Assembly: GCF_018350175.1 (NCBI RefSeq)
Contig: NC_058368.1
Span: forward strand, 176,826,001 to 176,890,000
DNA length: 64,000 bases
Direction of reading: 5' to 3'
Source: Felis catus
Lineage: Eukaryota
Positions 52,444 through 64,000 of this stretch are shown in pieces. Below the pieces are notes generated by a model. It was given only the letters and a program-made list of their open reading frames with translations, did no database searches and had not been told where the DNA came from. Numbering within the stretch: the first letter of the stretch is position 1; each line of letters starts with the position of its first letter. The translations under genes and the position numbers were made by a program.

Positions 52444-53500
52444 CATAGTGTTTATCATGTCTACCATTTTTATTTGTTTTTTTTTTAATTTTTTTAACGT
52501 TTATTTATTTTTGAGACAGAGAGACAGAGCATGAATGGGGGAGGGGCAGAGAGAGAGCGAGACACAGAACCGGAAGCAGGCTCCAGGCTCTGAGCCATCA
52601 GCCCAGAGCCCGAGGCGGGGCTCGAACTCACGGACCGTGAGGTCGTGACCTGAGCTGAAGTCGGACGCTTAACTGACTGAGCCACCCAGGCGCCCCTCAT
52701 GTCTACCATTTTTAAATGTACATACAGGTCAGTGACATTAAGTACATCACTATGTTGCATAACAATCACCACCATCCATCTCCAGAACTTTTTCATCTTC
52801 CCCAACTGAAGCTCCGTCCCCCTTACCACCAACTCCGTTACCCACTTCTCCCCACCCCCTGCTAAGCACCATTCTGCTTTCTGCCTCTGAGTTTGACTCT
52901 TCCAGGCACCTCACGTAAGTGGAATCATACAGTACTTATCCTTCTGTGGCTGGTTTATTTCACTCAACATAATGTCTTCAAAGTTCATCTATATTGTGGC
53001 ACGTGTCAGAATTTCCTTCCTTTATTGGGGCGCCTGGGTGGCTCAGTCGGTTAAGCGTCTGACTTCAGCTCAGGTCACGATCTCGCAGTTCGTGAGTTCA
53101 AGCCCCACATCAGGCTCTGTGCTGACAGCTGGGAGCCTGGAGCCTGCTTTGGATTCTGTGTCTCCCTCTCTCTTTGCCCTTCCCCGGCTTGTGCTCTCTC
53201 AAAAATAAACATTAAAAAAATTATTTTACAGAATTTCCTTCCTTTTTAAGGCCGAATAATATTCCGTATTTGTAGCACGTTTTGTTTATTCATTCATCCG
53301 TCGATGGATGCTTGGATTGCTTCCGTCTTTCAGCTATTGTGAATAATGCTGCAATGTACATGAGCGTACAAATATCTGGTTCAGTCCCTGCTTTCAATCC
53401 TTTTGGGTATTTATTCAGCAGTGACACTGCTGGATCCTATGTAATTCTATGTTTGATTTTTTAAGGAACGGACATACTGTTTTCCACAGTGGCTGCACCT
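52420..53500 (-). mobile_element. Old L1 3' fragment interrupted by CAN-SINEs (- ~52468-52696, TSD tcatgtctaccatttt; + ~53027-53222)
   Basis: accatccatctccagaactttttcatcttccccaactgaa; gctattgtgaataatgctgc. Confidence 0.87.
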
Positions 53501-53535
53501 TCACCGTGTCCGTTGTTCATTTCTGGACCACATTT

Positions 53536-55922
53536 TTTAATTGAGATATAATACAACAGTTTCAGCTGTTTAACGTAATGTTGTCTATTTGTATTATTGT
53601 GAAATTATCACCACAATCTACTTAGCATCCATTACCACACATAGTTACAAAAATTTTTTTTTACTTGTGATAAAACCATCTAAGGTCTACTCCTTTGGCA
53701 GCTCTGAAATATACAATGCAGTACTATTAACTATAGTCATCACGCTGTACCTTACGTCCCCGTGACTTATTTATTTTACAACTGGAAGTGTGTTCCTTTT
53801 GACCCCCTTCTCTCATCTTGCCCACCCTCTGCTCCCCACCTGTGGTAATTGCCTGTTTTCCGTATCTATGAGTTCTGTTGTTTATTTTAGATTCCACGGG
53901 TAAGTGAGATCACATGGTATTTATCTTCCTCTGTCTGACTTATTTCACTTAGCATAATGCTGTCAGGGTCCATCTATGTTGTCACAAATGGCAAAATGTC
54001 CTTCTTTTCTATGGTTGAGTAATATTCCACTACTTTATAGGCCACATTTTCTTTATTCATCTATTGATGGACACTTAGGTTGCTTCCATGCCTCGGCTGT
54101 TGTAAACAATGCTGCAGTGAACTGGGATGAACACGGGTTCAAGCTAGTGTTTTCATTTCCTTTGAATACATACCCGTAAGTGGAACTGCTGGATCATATA
54201 GTATCTTTATTTTTAACTTTTTTTAATGTTTATTTCTTTTTGAGACAGAGACAGAGCATGAGTAGGGGTGGGGCAGAGAGAAAGGGAGACACCGAATCCA
54301 AAGCAGGCTCTAGACTCTGAGCTGTCAGCACAGAGCACGATGCCGGGCTCGAACCCATAAATCATGAGATCATGACCTGAGCCGAAGTCAAACACTTAGC
54401 CAACTGAGCCACCCGGGTGCTCCTGAGGAACCACCATACCTTTGTCCATAGTGACTGTACCAATTTAAATTCCCACCACAAGTGTATAAAGATTCCCTTT
54501 TCTCCATATCCTTGCTAACACTTGTTACCTCTTGTCTTTTTAAAAACAGCCATTCTAACAGGTATTAAGTGATATTTCATCACGGTTTTGATTTGCATTT
54601 CCCTGATGATTAGTGATGTTGAGTACTTTTTCATGTACCTGTTGCCCATCTGTATGTCTTCTTTGAAAAAGTGTCTAACCAGATACTCTGCCCATTTTTC
54701 AATCAAATTGTGGTTTTTTGCTATTAAATTGTATGAGGTCTTTACATATTTTGGATCTTAACCCCTTCAGATATATGATTTGCAAATAGTTTCTCCCATT
54801 TGGTAGGTTGCCTTTTCACTTTGTTGCTGGTTTCCTGTGCTGTGTAGAAGCTTTTTAGTTTGATGTAGTCCTACTTGTTTATTTTTGATTTGTTGCCTTC
54901 GTTCTTGGTGTCAAATCCAAAAACTCATTGCCAAGACTAATCTCATGGAGCTTCCGTACCACCTATTTTTTCTTCTAGGAATTTTATAGTTTCAGGTCTT
55001 ACATTCAAGTCTTTAATCCATTTTGGATTAATTTTGTGTATGGTATAAGATAGTGGTCCTGTTTCATTTTTTGCATGTGGCTGTCCAGTTTTCCCAGCAC
55101 CATTTATTGAAGAGACTGTGCTCTCCCTATTGTATATTCTTGACTCCTGTGTTGTAAATTAATGGACCATATCTGCGGATCTGTTTCTTAGCTCTCTATT
55201 CTGTTCCATTGATCTATGTGTCTGTTTTTATACCAATACCCTACTGTTTTCATTATTATAGCTTTGTAATATAGTTTGAAAGGGAACATGATGCCTCCGG
55301 CTTTGTTCTTCTTTTCTTCTTCTCAAGGTTGCTTTGGCTATTTGGGGCCTCTTGTGGTTCCACACAAATTTTAGGATTGTTTGTTCTGTTTCTGTGGGGG
55401 AAACAATATCCATCAGAATTTTGATAGGGAGTGCACTGAATCGGTAAATTGCTTTGGTTAGTATGGACATGTTAACACTATTAATTCTTCCAGTCCATGA
55501 GCACAGTATATCTTCCCACTGATTTGTGCCTTCTTCAATTTTTTTCATCGGTGTCATAGTGTTCAGGGTTCATACAGGTCTTTCATCTCCTTGGTGAAAT
55601 TTATTTCTAGGCACTTTATTCTTTTTGATGCAGTTGAAAAGGGGAATTTCTTTATCTGAGAGTTCATTATTAATGTATAGAAACAACAGATTTTGTATAT
55701 TGATTTTGTATCTTGCAATTTGGCTGAATTCATTTATTAGTTCTGACAGTTTTTAAGTGGTATCTTTAGAGTTTTTCAGACATAATGTCATGTCATATGA
55801 AAATAGTGACAGTTTTATTCTGCCTTTGCAATTTGGATGTGACTTATTTTTTTTCCCCTTGCCTAATTGTTCTGGCTAGGACTTCCAATATTGTGTTGAG
55901 TAAAACTGGCAAGAGTGGCCAT
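53536..55922 (-). mobile_element. 5'-truncated L1 (ORF2 3' part + 3'UTR) with an internal antisense CAN-SINE at ~54208-54423
   Basis: ORF2-like peptides ([31 protein letters not shown]); flanking gg(a/g)ccacattttt at 53525 and 55923 looks like a TSD. Confidence 0.92.
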
Positions 55923-55971
55923 GGGCCACATTTTTGACATGGAGCTTCGTACGTTTAAAAATAATTTTTCA

Positions 55972-56370
55972 GGGGCGCCTGGGTGTCTCAGTCGGTTAAG
56001 CGTCTGACTTCAGCTCAGGTCATGATCTCGCGGTCCATGGGTTCGAGCCCCGCGTCGGGCTCTGTGCTGACCGCTCAGAGCCTGGAGCCTGTTTCGGATT
56101 ATGTGTCTCCCTCTCTCTCTGCCCCTCCCCCATTCATGCTCTGTCTCTCTCTGTCTCAAAAATAAATAAACGTTAAAAAAAATTTTTTTTAATAATTTTT
56201 CAGGGCACCTGGGTGGTTCAGTCAGTTAAGTGTCTGACTTCGGCTGAGGTCATGTTCTCACGGTCCGTGAGTTCAAGCCCCGCATCGGGCTATGTGTTGA
56301 CAGCTCAGAGCCTGGAGCCTGCTTCAGGTTCTGTGTCTCCCTTTCTCTCTCTGCCTCTCCCTGGCTCGTA

Positions 56371-56401
<31 letters not shown>

Positions 56402-56685
56402 AAAAATAAACATTTACAAAAATGATTTTTCAAATTTGATTTTGTACCTACTCACTTTAAAGATAACAAAAGTCTTGGGGCACCTGGGTGGTTCAGTGGG
56501 TTAAGTGTCCAAGTCTTGATTTCAGTCAGATGCATTAGCCTAGGTCATGATCCCAGGGTTGTGGGATTGAACCCCGCGTCAGGCTCTGCACTGGGCATTG
56601 GAGCCTGCTTAAGATTCTTTCTCTTTCTCCCTCTGCCCGTCCCTTGCGCGCTCTCTCTCTCTCTCAAAAAATAAAATAAAATAAT
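55972..56685 (+). mobile_element. Three tandem sense CAN-SINEs (~55972-56190, ~56203-56420, ~56477-56685)
   Basis: Three successive head/CT/A-tail units. Confidence 0.93.
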
Positions 56686-57144
56686 AAAGATAACAAAAGT
56701 CTTAGAGACTTCCGGTGTCTGGACTGAAATGGTTTTTCATTATAGCATTATCTAACATAAACCAGGCACAAACATGTTCTCTTTGTAAAGAGAGCTAGTA
56801 TAAAAATGTAAAAATGAACACTTGTAGAAGTTAAACACCCATCTACAAAACCAATAGAGTTTATCTTACTGTTAATAAGAAAATTAATGCTGCTTTTTTG
56901 GATTCTTTTTTATGGTAAAATATATAGAAGGGCTGATGCCGCTTTGCCAAAACCGTACCTCCCCTCACAATGACTGGATGAAGCCAAGCACATTGGAGCA
57001 AGGTTTTTTCAGTCGGTTGACCTACATACCCTGTGCATGGTGACAATTCCTCTTTCTACAATGGAAATGCTAGGAAAACCTTCAGTAAGGCAGGATACAT
57101 CGTGCTGCCATTAGCCCTAATTTGGTGCAAATACTTCACTTAGG

Positions 57145-57597
57145 TATTGTCTTTGTTCAGGCTCCTCTAACAAAGTACCGTAGACCGGGTGACTTTGAAA
57201 CAACCGAAATTTATTTCTCACAGCCCTAGAGGCTGGAAATCTGAGGTCATGGTGCCAGCAGGTTCAGGTTCTAGTGAAAGCCCTCTTCTGGGTAACAGAC
57301 GGCTGCCTTCCGATGGTATCCTCACGTGGTGGAAAGAAAGCAAGTTGATTCTCTGACCTGTGCTTTCAAAAGGGCACAATTCTAAGGACACCTGGGTGGT
57401 TCCATCAGTTAGGTGTCCGGCTTCGGCTCAGGTCACGATTTCATGGTTCGTGGGTTTGAGACCCTCATCGGGCTCTGTGCTGACAGCTCAGAGCCTGGAG
57501 CGTGCTTCGGATTCCGGGTCTCCCACTCTCTCTGCCCCTCCCCTGCTCATGCTCTGTCTCTCTGTGTCTCTCAATAATAAATAAACATTTTAAAAAA
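57145..57597. mobile_element. MLT1A-like LTR fragment (-, ~57145-57380) followed by a CAN-SINE (+, ~57386-57597)
   Basis: gaaatttatttctcacagccctagaggctggaaatctgaggtcatggtgccagcag; then SINE head. Confidence 0.82.
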
Positions 57598-58426
57598 TGT
57601 TTAAAAATCATCAAAATGAAAATGCAAAATTTAAACATTCTTCTAGATAAGTTTTATACCCAAGAAATACTGTCTTTCTAACCCTCCCCCTAACTGCGCC
57701 AACCCCTAGGGACAAGCACACAGACACTCTCCAGTTGGACACTCTTTCTGCCACCAGCCTCTCCACTTCCCGTGAACACGCCCTGCAAGGAAGAAGGTGT
57801 AAAGAAGTTCTGTGTGTGTTCTGGAAGGCATTTGGAAAGTTCTGGGATCACCCAATGCTTTACTTGCACTCTGGGGCTGGCTTCCTAAGAGCACAGAGTA
57901 GCAGTGTATTAAAAGACACCCAAAGCTGCTCCTGGAATTTCATTCTTGCCCAAAAATTGGTGACAGGGAAAAAAAGTTTGGATTCAAGGTTTAAGCAATT
58001 TAACCAGCAAGTCATTTTACACATTTTCATGTTGAAATAAACAAGGATAGGTTATGCAGTAGAATATAAAATTTGCACTTTTAAGATAAAACTGCAGACT
58101 TCAAAGAAATTTTGGCTTCGGTGGACTGCTCCGGGCCAGGCCCCAGGCCCCAGGCCCCTTGAGGGAACTTGAATCAGTAAAGTTTGAGAAACTAAGTGAT
58201 TCATCACTCCTGCCACTGGCAAATAGGGCGAAACCAATTAGGAGACTCTCTCCTTCCAGGTGTAGTTTTCTAACTGGGTTCATTATCAATCAAAACCAGA
58301 TGCCCCATAGAGGATGAGCTGTAGAGATTCTCAGAAAAAGGTCCCACGATAGTACCCTAAGTGTGGGCAGAGAGAGCTTGTGTGCAAAAGCAAATGCTTC
58401 TGAGAAACTCCTGCTTGGTAAAACTT

Positions 58427-58878
58427 AAAAAAAAATTTTTTTAATGTTTATTTATTTTTGAGAGAGACAGAGAGACAGAGCATGAGCAGGGGAGGGAGAG
58501 AGGGAGACACAGAATCGGAAGCAGGCTCCAGGCTCTGAACCGTCAGCACGGTGCGTGATGTGGGGCTCGAACTTACGGACCGTGAGATCATGACCTGAGC
58601 CGAAGTCAGACATTTAACTGACTGAGCCACCCAGGTGCTCCCGTGCTTTTTAAAACTGTTAATTCTGGGGTGCCTGGGTGGCTCAGTCGGTTAAGCGTCC
58701 AACTTCGGCTCAGGTCACGATCTCACGGTCCATGAGTTCAAGCCCCGTGTTGGGCTCTGGGCTGACGGCTCAGAGCCTGGAGCCTGCTTCTGATTCTGTG
58801 TCTCCCTCTCTCTCTGCCCCTCCCCCATTCATGATCTGTCTCCCTCTGTCTCAAAAATAAATAAACGTTAAAAAAAAA
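58427..58878. mobile_element. Head-to-head CAN-SINE pair (- ~58427-58639, + ~58667-58878)
   Basis: Opposite-orientation copies ~27 bp apart. Confidence 0.93.
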
Positions 58879-59289
58879 TTAAAACTCTTAATTCTTCTGG
58901 TCACGTGGTGGGGAGCCCTTCCATTAACTTCTGCCTGTATTTAATCACCTTAAGAAAATACTTTGTAATTTTTCAGCTAAGGGGTACAAGTTTGGGGTAG
59001 GGATGGTGGGAGGGGAACTCCCTACTTGCCAAACGTGTACCTCAAATATTCAGAATCAGGACTAGGGACTCAGACAAGACCAAGGTCGGACACTCAGGTG
59101 CTACCACGCCCTCCCCTGTCCTTTTGAACCCACACACATACACAAGCTCCATGAACAGGATGAGGGCTCCCACCTCTGTGCTCGTCACTCATCATCGAAA
59201 GCTGGATGTTCCAACATCAAATGAAGTATCCCTTCTACGTGGGCTGAAAAGACAGCTGCCCAGTGGTAACTTAACAAGTGGCTCTGGTG

Positions 59290-59511
59290 AGGGCCGAATG
59301 GGTGGCTCAGTAGGTTAAGCATCCGACTTCTGCTCAGGTCATGATCTCATGGTTCATGAGTTTGAGCCCAGCATCAGGCTTTCTGCTGTCAGCGCAGAGC
59401 CTGGAGCCTGCTTCAGATCCTACGTCTCCCTCTCTCTCTGCCCCTTCCCCACTCGTGCTTTGTCTCTCTTCCTCTCTCAAAAATAAATAAACATTAAAAA
59501 AAATTTTTTTT
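59290..59511 (+). mobile_element. CAN-SINE
   Basis: TSD aacaagtggctctgg on both sides. Confidence 0.92.
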
Positions 59512-60706
59512 AAACAAGTGGCTCTGGGGACAAGGAGGAGAGCAAGCAGCCCCTTGCAAACTGCTTTCTTTCAGCCTACAGGGACAACAATGTCTCCTTC
59601 AAAATCTGCCCCTCCCCTCCGATAGTGGGTCGGTGACATCAGCCAAGAACACACCCTAGGGTGTGTGGTCCACTTGCCATTCACATCAGTTAGGAATCCA
59701 GTGTGTCCTTGCTGAAGTTCCTTCACACACCTCCTCTCTGACCCCAGCAGTTCCATAACAGAGAGGCTTCCAAGGGGCGAAAACTGCCTTCGCACGCGGT
59801 AGCTGAGCCTAGATGCTGTGTAGACAGTCCTGAAAGCTCCATGTTCACGCGTGAGAATACAGGAACAAGCAGCCTACTTCTGGGGCCTTCTCTGGGCCAG
59901 ACGTGGTGCTGGGAGCTGGAGACAGAGAAATGAACAAGAGAAGGAGAGTCTAGCCGGAAAGACCGACCTATAAATGACTCCAGGTCAAAAACGTGAAAGG
60001 GTAGACACCGCATAGTGGAAGCTGGCAGCTGGCGGCCCGTATGTACATTTCCATGATTGCAAAGTGAAGTTTGACCAGGACGACCCCCATGTAATCACCC
60101 TTTTCTGGATCTAAAAATACTCAATGAGGTACATAGTAGAAATAATTTTGCTTTTAATTGAAAGTCCTTGATCCTCTTTTCAAAACACTACTGAAGTATA
60201 GTAAGGTTTTTTAAACCTTTTATGTGGAAGGAAAGAAAAGGGAGAGTTCTTTGCAGAGAATGTTGCTATAACACCACACCGCACGGTAATCCTGTGTTTA
60301 TGTGTCCGTCTCCCTCCCCTCTCACCCCCCAGACTGGGATCCTCTCTGGCAGGGATCTCCTGTTACTTTTGTCTGTCTCCTGAGTACATGGTGGAAGAGA
60401 CGGACAGCCCTCTGTGTCTGCTGTGTGAATCAGCCTCGCCGGTAGAGTGGCGGGAGGGGAAGAAAGAAACGAAATAGTACTCCAGAATGCTTCTGACCAA
60501 TGTTTTCTTAATGTGAGACAATGGAGCATGGTAATTAATTCGTTTAGACCTGAATTCTTGCCTGTTGAAGATAATAACAGGGTTGGCATAAGGATTAAAT
60601 GAGCTAATAGATGTAAAGTGATTAGAACAGTGCTAGTAAATAAACATTCAATTGATGGTAGCTACCGTTATTCCTGTTATAATTCATACAATTACACCTG
60701 CGTGCT

Positions 60707-60709
60707 GTG

Positions 60710-60757
<48 letters not shown>
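60707..60757. repeat. (CA)n microsatellite
   Basis: tgtgcgcgcg(ca)n. Confidence 0.95.
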
Positions 60758-60758
<1 letters not shown>

Positions 60759-60789
60759 GAACTGTCAAATGCTTGCATAGGGTGGACAT

Positions 60790-61302
60790 TGCGACTATTA
60801 GCTGCCCACAATCTATTTTCCTTTCCCCGGGTAGTATCACCCTCATCTCCCTTTAAGGAACCAACCACTTTTCCCCCCTACTCTCAATTCACGTGATGTG
60901 GGTGGGGCAGGCTTCACCAGGGCCAAGAACAAGCACGTGACCCAGATGTGGCCAATCAGGAAAGCCCAGTCTCCTGGCTACAACTGGCTCGGTAATGGGC
61001 ACGTGACCTAAGTCGAGCCAATGAGACTTGACTTTTGCAGAGATTTTGAGAAGAGGCTTGCAAAGCTGGCCGACTGTAGCCTCTAGTTGCGGGTGACCGT
61101 GCTTGTCACCTCAAGTGCCGCGCCTACCGGAGAATGACGCCCAAAGCAAAGCGCCAAAAGATGTGGAGAAAAAGTCTGGGTGACGCTGCTTGAGACTCCG
61201 GATCTAGCTGTACCTGAAGGTGAATGGATGATTGGATTTTTGTTTTTGTCAGGTCAGTTTGAGTTGTTTCTGTCAATGGTCACCGAAGAGTCCTAATATA
61301 CA
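60790..61302 (+). mobile_element. Old MLT1 (K/L-type) MaLR LTR
   Basis: cacgtgacc..gccaat motifs; 3' end gagttgtttctgtcaatggtcaccgaagagtcctaatataca. Confidence 0.65.
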
Positions 61303-61521
61303 TAGTTAGTCAGACGGTATGTGGATCTTCAATCACTTTTTTTGGATGCCTTATTTAGAGCGAGTTTCACCAATTCAGTTCAACAAATCGGCACTGTGTG
61401 GGGGGCAGGAGAGCAGGGAACGTGAATGTGAGTAAGACTGCTCCTACGCTCAAGGTCCACATCTAGAAGGAAGTACAAACTTTATAGCCATCACATAATA
61501 CATGTTGAAATTGAGAGGTGA

Positions 61522-61737
61522 GGGGGCGCCTGGGTGGCTCAGTCGGTTCAGCGTCTGACTTCGGCTCAGGTCATGATCTCACGGTCCGTGAGTTCGAGCC
61601 CCGCGTCGGGCTCTGTGCGGACAGCTCGGAGCCTGGAGCCTGTTTCAGATTCTGTGTCTCCCTCTCTCTCTGACCCTCCCCTGTTCATGCTTTGTCTCTC
61701 TCTGTTTCAAAAATAAATAAATGTTTAAAAAAAAAAA
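61522..61737 (+). mobile_element. CAN-SINE (SINEC_Fc-like)
   Basis: TSD gaaattgagaggtgagg on both sides. Confidence 0.94.
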
Positions 61738-61850
61738 GAAATTGAGAGGTGAGGAATGTAATAGAACAGGAAACAGAGGAAGGTCCGTTCTGCCTTAGGA
61801 CTGTCTGGAAGAGAAGGGAGTACGGCCGCTTTACCATAAAACAATTTGCA

Positions 61851-62043
61851 GGGACACCTGGGTGGCTCAGTCGGTTAAGCGACCGACTCTTGGTGGTTTC
61901 TGCTCAGGTCATGATCCCGGGGTGGTAGGCTCGAGCCCCCCATGGGGCTTTGCGCTGACAGCACAGAGCCTGCTTGGGATTGCCTCTCTCTCCCTCTGCC
62001 AGCCCCCTCTCTCAAAATAAACTAAAAAACAAAAACAAAAAAA
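61851..62043 (+). mobile_element. CAN-SINE
   Basis: TSD caatttgcag; head gggacacctgggtggctcagtcggttaag. Confidence 0.88.
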
Positions 62044-62624
62044 CACACCAATTTGCAGACATTTAACAGTGTTCTCTTGCCTGGGTTCTGGAAGCCATTC
62101 ACAGGCTGCCTATTTCAATTAGATTTTAATCACCCACAGCTCGTGTATTCCTTTAACGAGTGCTTGATGTTACCAAGCGGAATGAAGCGTGCTTTATGCT
62201 GCTCTGAATGTGTGCCCACCTGATACCTAGAAGTCTCCTTCTGGAAGCAATCCAGATATGAAGAGACGGGGAGGCCTCCTGGGGCGGGGAGCCAAACAGA
62301 AAACCTACCCTTCATATACCTACGGAAGAAGCATATAACTCAGTTATGCTCCGTCCTCTCCTTGGAGGGTGTGTGGTTTCAGCCAGGGGGCTGTGAGGGA
62401 ATGGCATTGTGGGCACCCCTGCTTGCTTTTCAAAATAGCGAAAGCACCAAGCTCCACCCACCTAAAGCTCTGATACACAAAATGTCTCTTGTATCTTTGC
62501 TTGCCCTTCATTACTCCTCACCTGCCCAACATAGTCTAAGCCCTTTCACTTGGTGCACAGGGAAGGTTCTTCTCAAGTGTGCCAGGGATCGCTCCAGGTG
62601 CTTGGGAGACAAAGATCAACAAAA

Positions 62625-63200
62625 CCTGTTCCTGCCCTCAAGCAAGAGAAACCCCACTCAAACAGACTTATAGGGAATAAAATTAAAGTGCATTGACTTC
62701 TGGAACTGGAAGTTCTAGGGAGTAAATGTAGGCATCCCTGGATCCAACTCAGATGATTTTCAGGATTTAGTTTTTTTCTTCCCTTCTCAGCTGTACTTCC
62801 CTCTATGGTGGCTTCCCTCTTGGGTAGGCTCTCCCTCATTGGAAAGTGGCCCCAAGTTTTCCCTTAACGGGGACTCCAAGCAGCTCCAGGTTTACTTCAT
62901 CCCAAATTCACGGGCAGAAGAAAGGAGATTCTTTCTTCTAAATGGTTGTTTGCAAAAAAAAGTCCTGGATCTGACTCTGAGCGTCTGTCTCCTAAAGTGA
63001 TTCATGTGCCCCTCCTAAACCAGTCATGGGTTTGGAATACGCCAATTGGCTCAAGTCTGGGTGTCACAACCACCCTGCAGTAGGGGATGGAATGGGCTCC
63101 ATGAGAGCCAAACGGACTGAGTCATGAGTGGGAGGAATTGGGTCTTCAAAGGGAATTCAGGGCACTATTACTGGAGGAAGGCTGAGTGGATACTGGGGAG
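62625..63200 (-). mobile_element. Old MLT1 LTR remnant
   Basis: agaaaccccactcaaacagactta..ctggatcca..catgtgcccctcctaaaccagtca. Confidence 0.55.
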
Positions 63201-64000
63201 GCACAAACTACACAGACTAAAATCTAATCATTGAGCTGTTACAGTAAGGCCGTGGTCTGGTCATAATACAGTGTTCCATACGGGGTCTGGAAAATGGTTG
63301 GCGGGCAAGACTTTGTGGGGTCTCTTCAGCATTTTCCAAGGGACAGAATATTCTGTTTTTCAGGATTTAGGACAGGTATCCAGAGAAAAGAACATCTGCT
63401 TATTTGCAGACGAGAGAAAGAAAAGGCATAAGGTAACAGAAACTTCCTCAGGAAGATCCAACTCCATCTGCTCGAATTATTTGCTTAACAAGCCACTTTC
63501 TGAACTTGGTCTTGAAAGGCCCCACACCTGCCACACTGGGAGAGAGACTCTGGCACAAACAGCCAGTAGTTGTCTTTCCAGACAGAGATGAATAATGTGC
63601 CATTCCACTGTGCACATCTCTTCCTTGTCATCTCTGAGCTTTCCTCCTTTGGTGAAAAGATAAAAATCAGGTATTTAAACTGAGGAAGCCTCCGCAAGTG
63701 GACATGAGGTGTCAGTAAAGCAGACTGAAGCAATCAGTCTCTCTCTTTGCTACTTGTTAGCTGCAACATTGCCCTTTTCAGAGGCAAACTCATAGGAAAA
63801 AGCAATATTTTCATCCCTACCAATTAGCATCCTGGCTTGCTATGATTTAACAAGTAGTTTTCTAAATAGTAACCACGTATTCCTGTTGGCCACCTGTGGA
63901 ACGTTAAATTATTTTTGGCTCTGATTTTTCACCCTCCCTGTATCCACTCCTTTTGCCTGGGAGTTTTCAGTCTCTCTCACTAGGGACAGAATGGACTTCT

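Noticed and set aside
53536..55922. Active L1 or reverse transcriptase gene
   Set aside because: 5'-truncated, full of stops and frameshifts, and interrupted by a SINE

Overview
Mammalian genomic DNA, almost certainly felid, judging by the many tRNA-derived CAN-SINEs that closely resemble the SINEC_Fc type. The window holds the 3' part of SH3PXD2B (Tks4; PX domain plus four SH3 domains) on the + strand. Nine canonical coding exons (equivalent to human exons 5-13) chain together with GT-AG boundaries and consistent phases from 6109 to the stop at 41614. A ~4.7 kb 3'UTR follows, ending at an AATAAA at 46293. The rest is repeat-rich intronic and intergenic DNA (CAN-SINE, L1, MIR/L2, MLT1/MER21/LTR16 LTRs, MER5/MER58, microsatellites). 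The strongest non-obvious signal is an 84-nt frame-preserving cassette exon in intron 8 (23845-23928). It sits between SH3-1 and SH3-2, resembles the 28-aa insert of the paralogue Tks5 and has downstream RBFOX motifs. Also notable are a candidate distal alternative last exon at 52234, a twin-primed inverted L1, and a doubled E-box/CCAAT module in an MLT1 LTR. Exon numbers, repeat family names and paralogue comparisons come from recall, not database searches; repeat boundaries are approximate. I found no prokaryote-type systems such as CRISPR arrays or operons.
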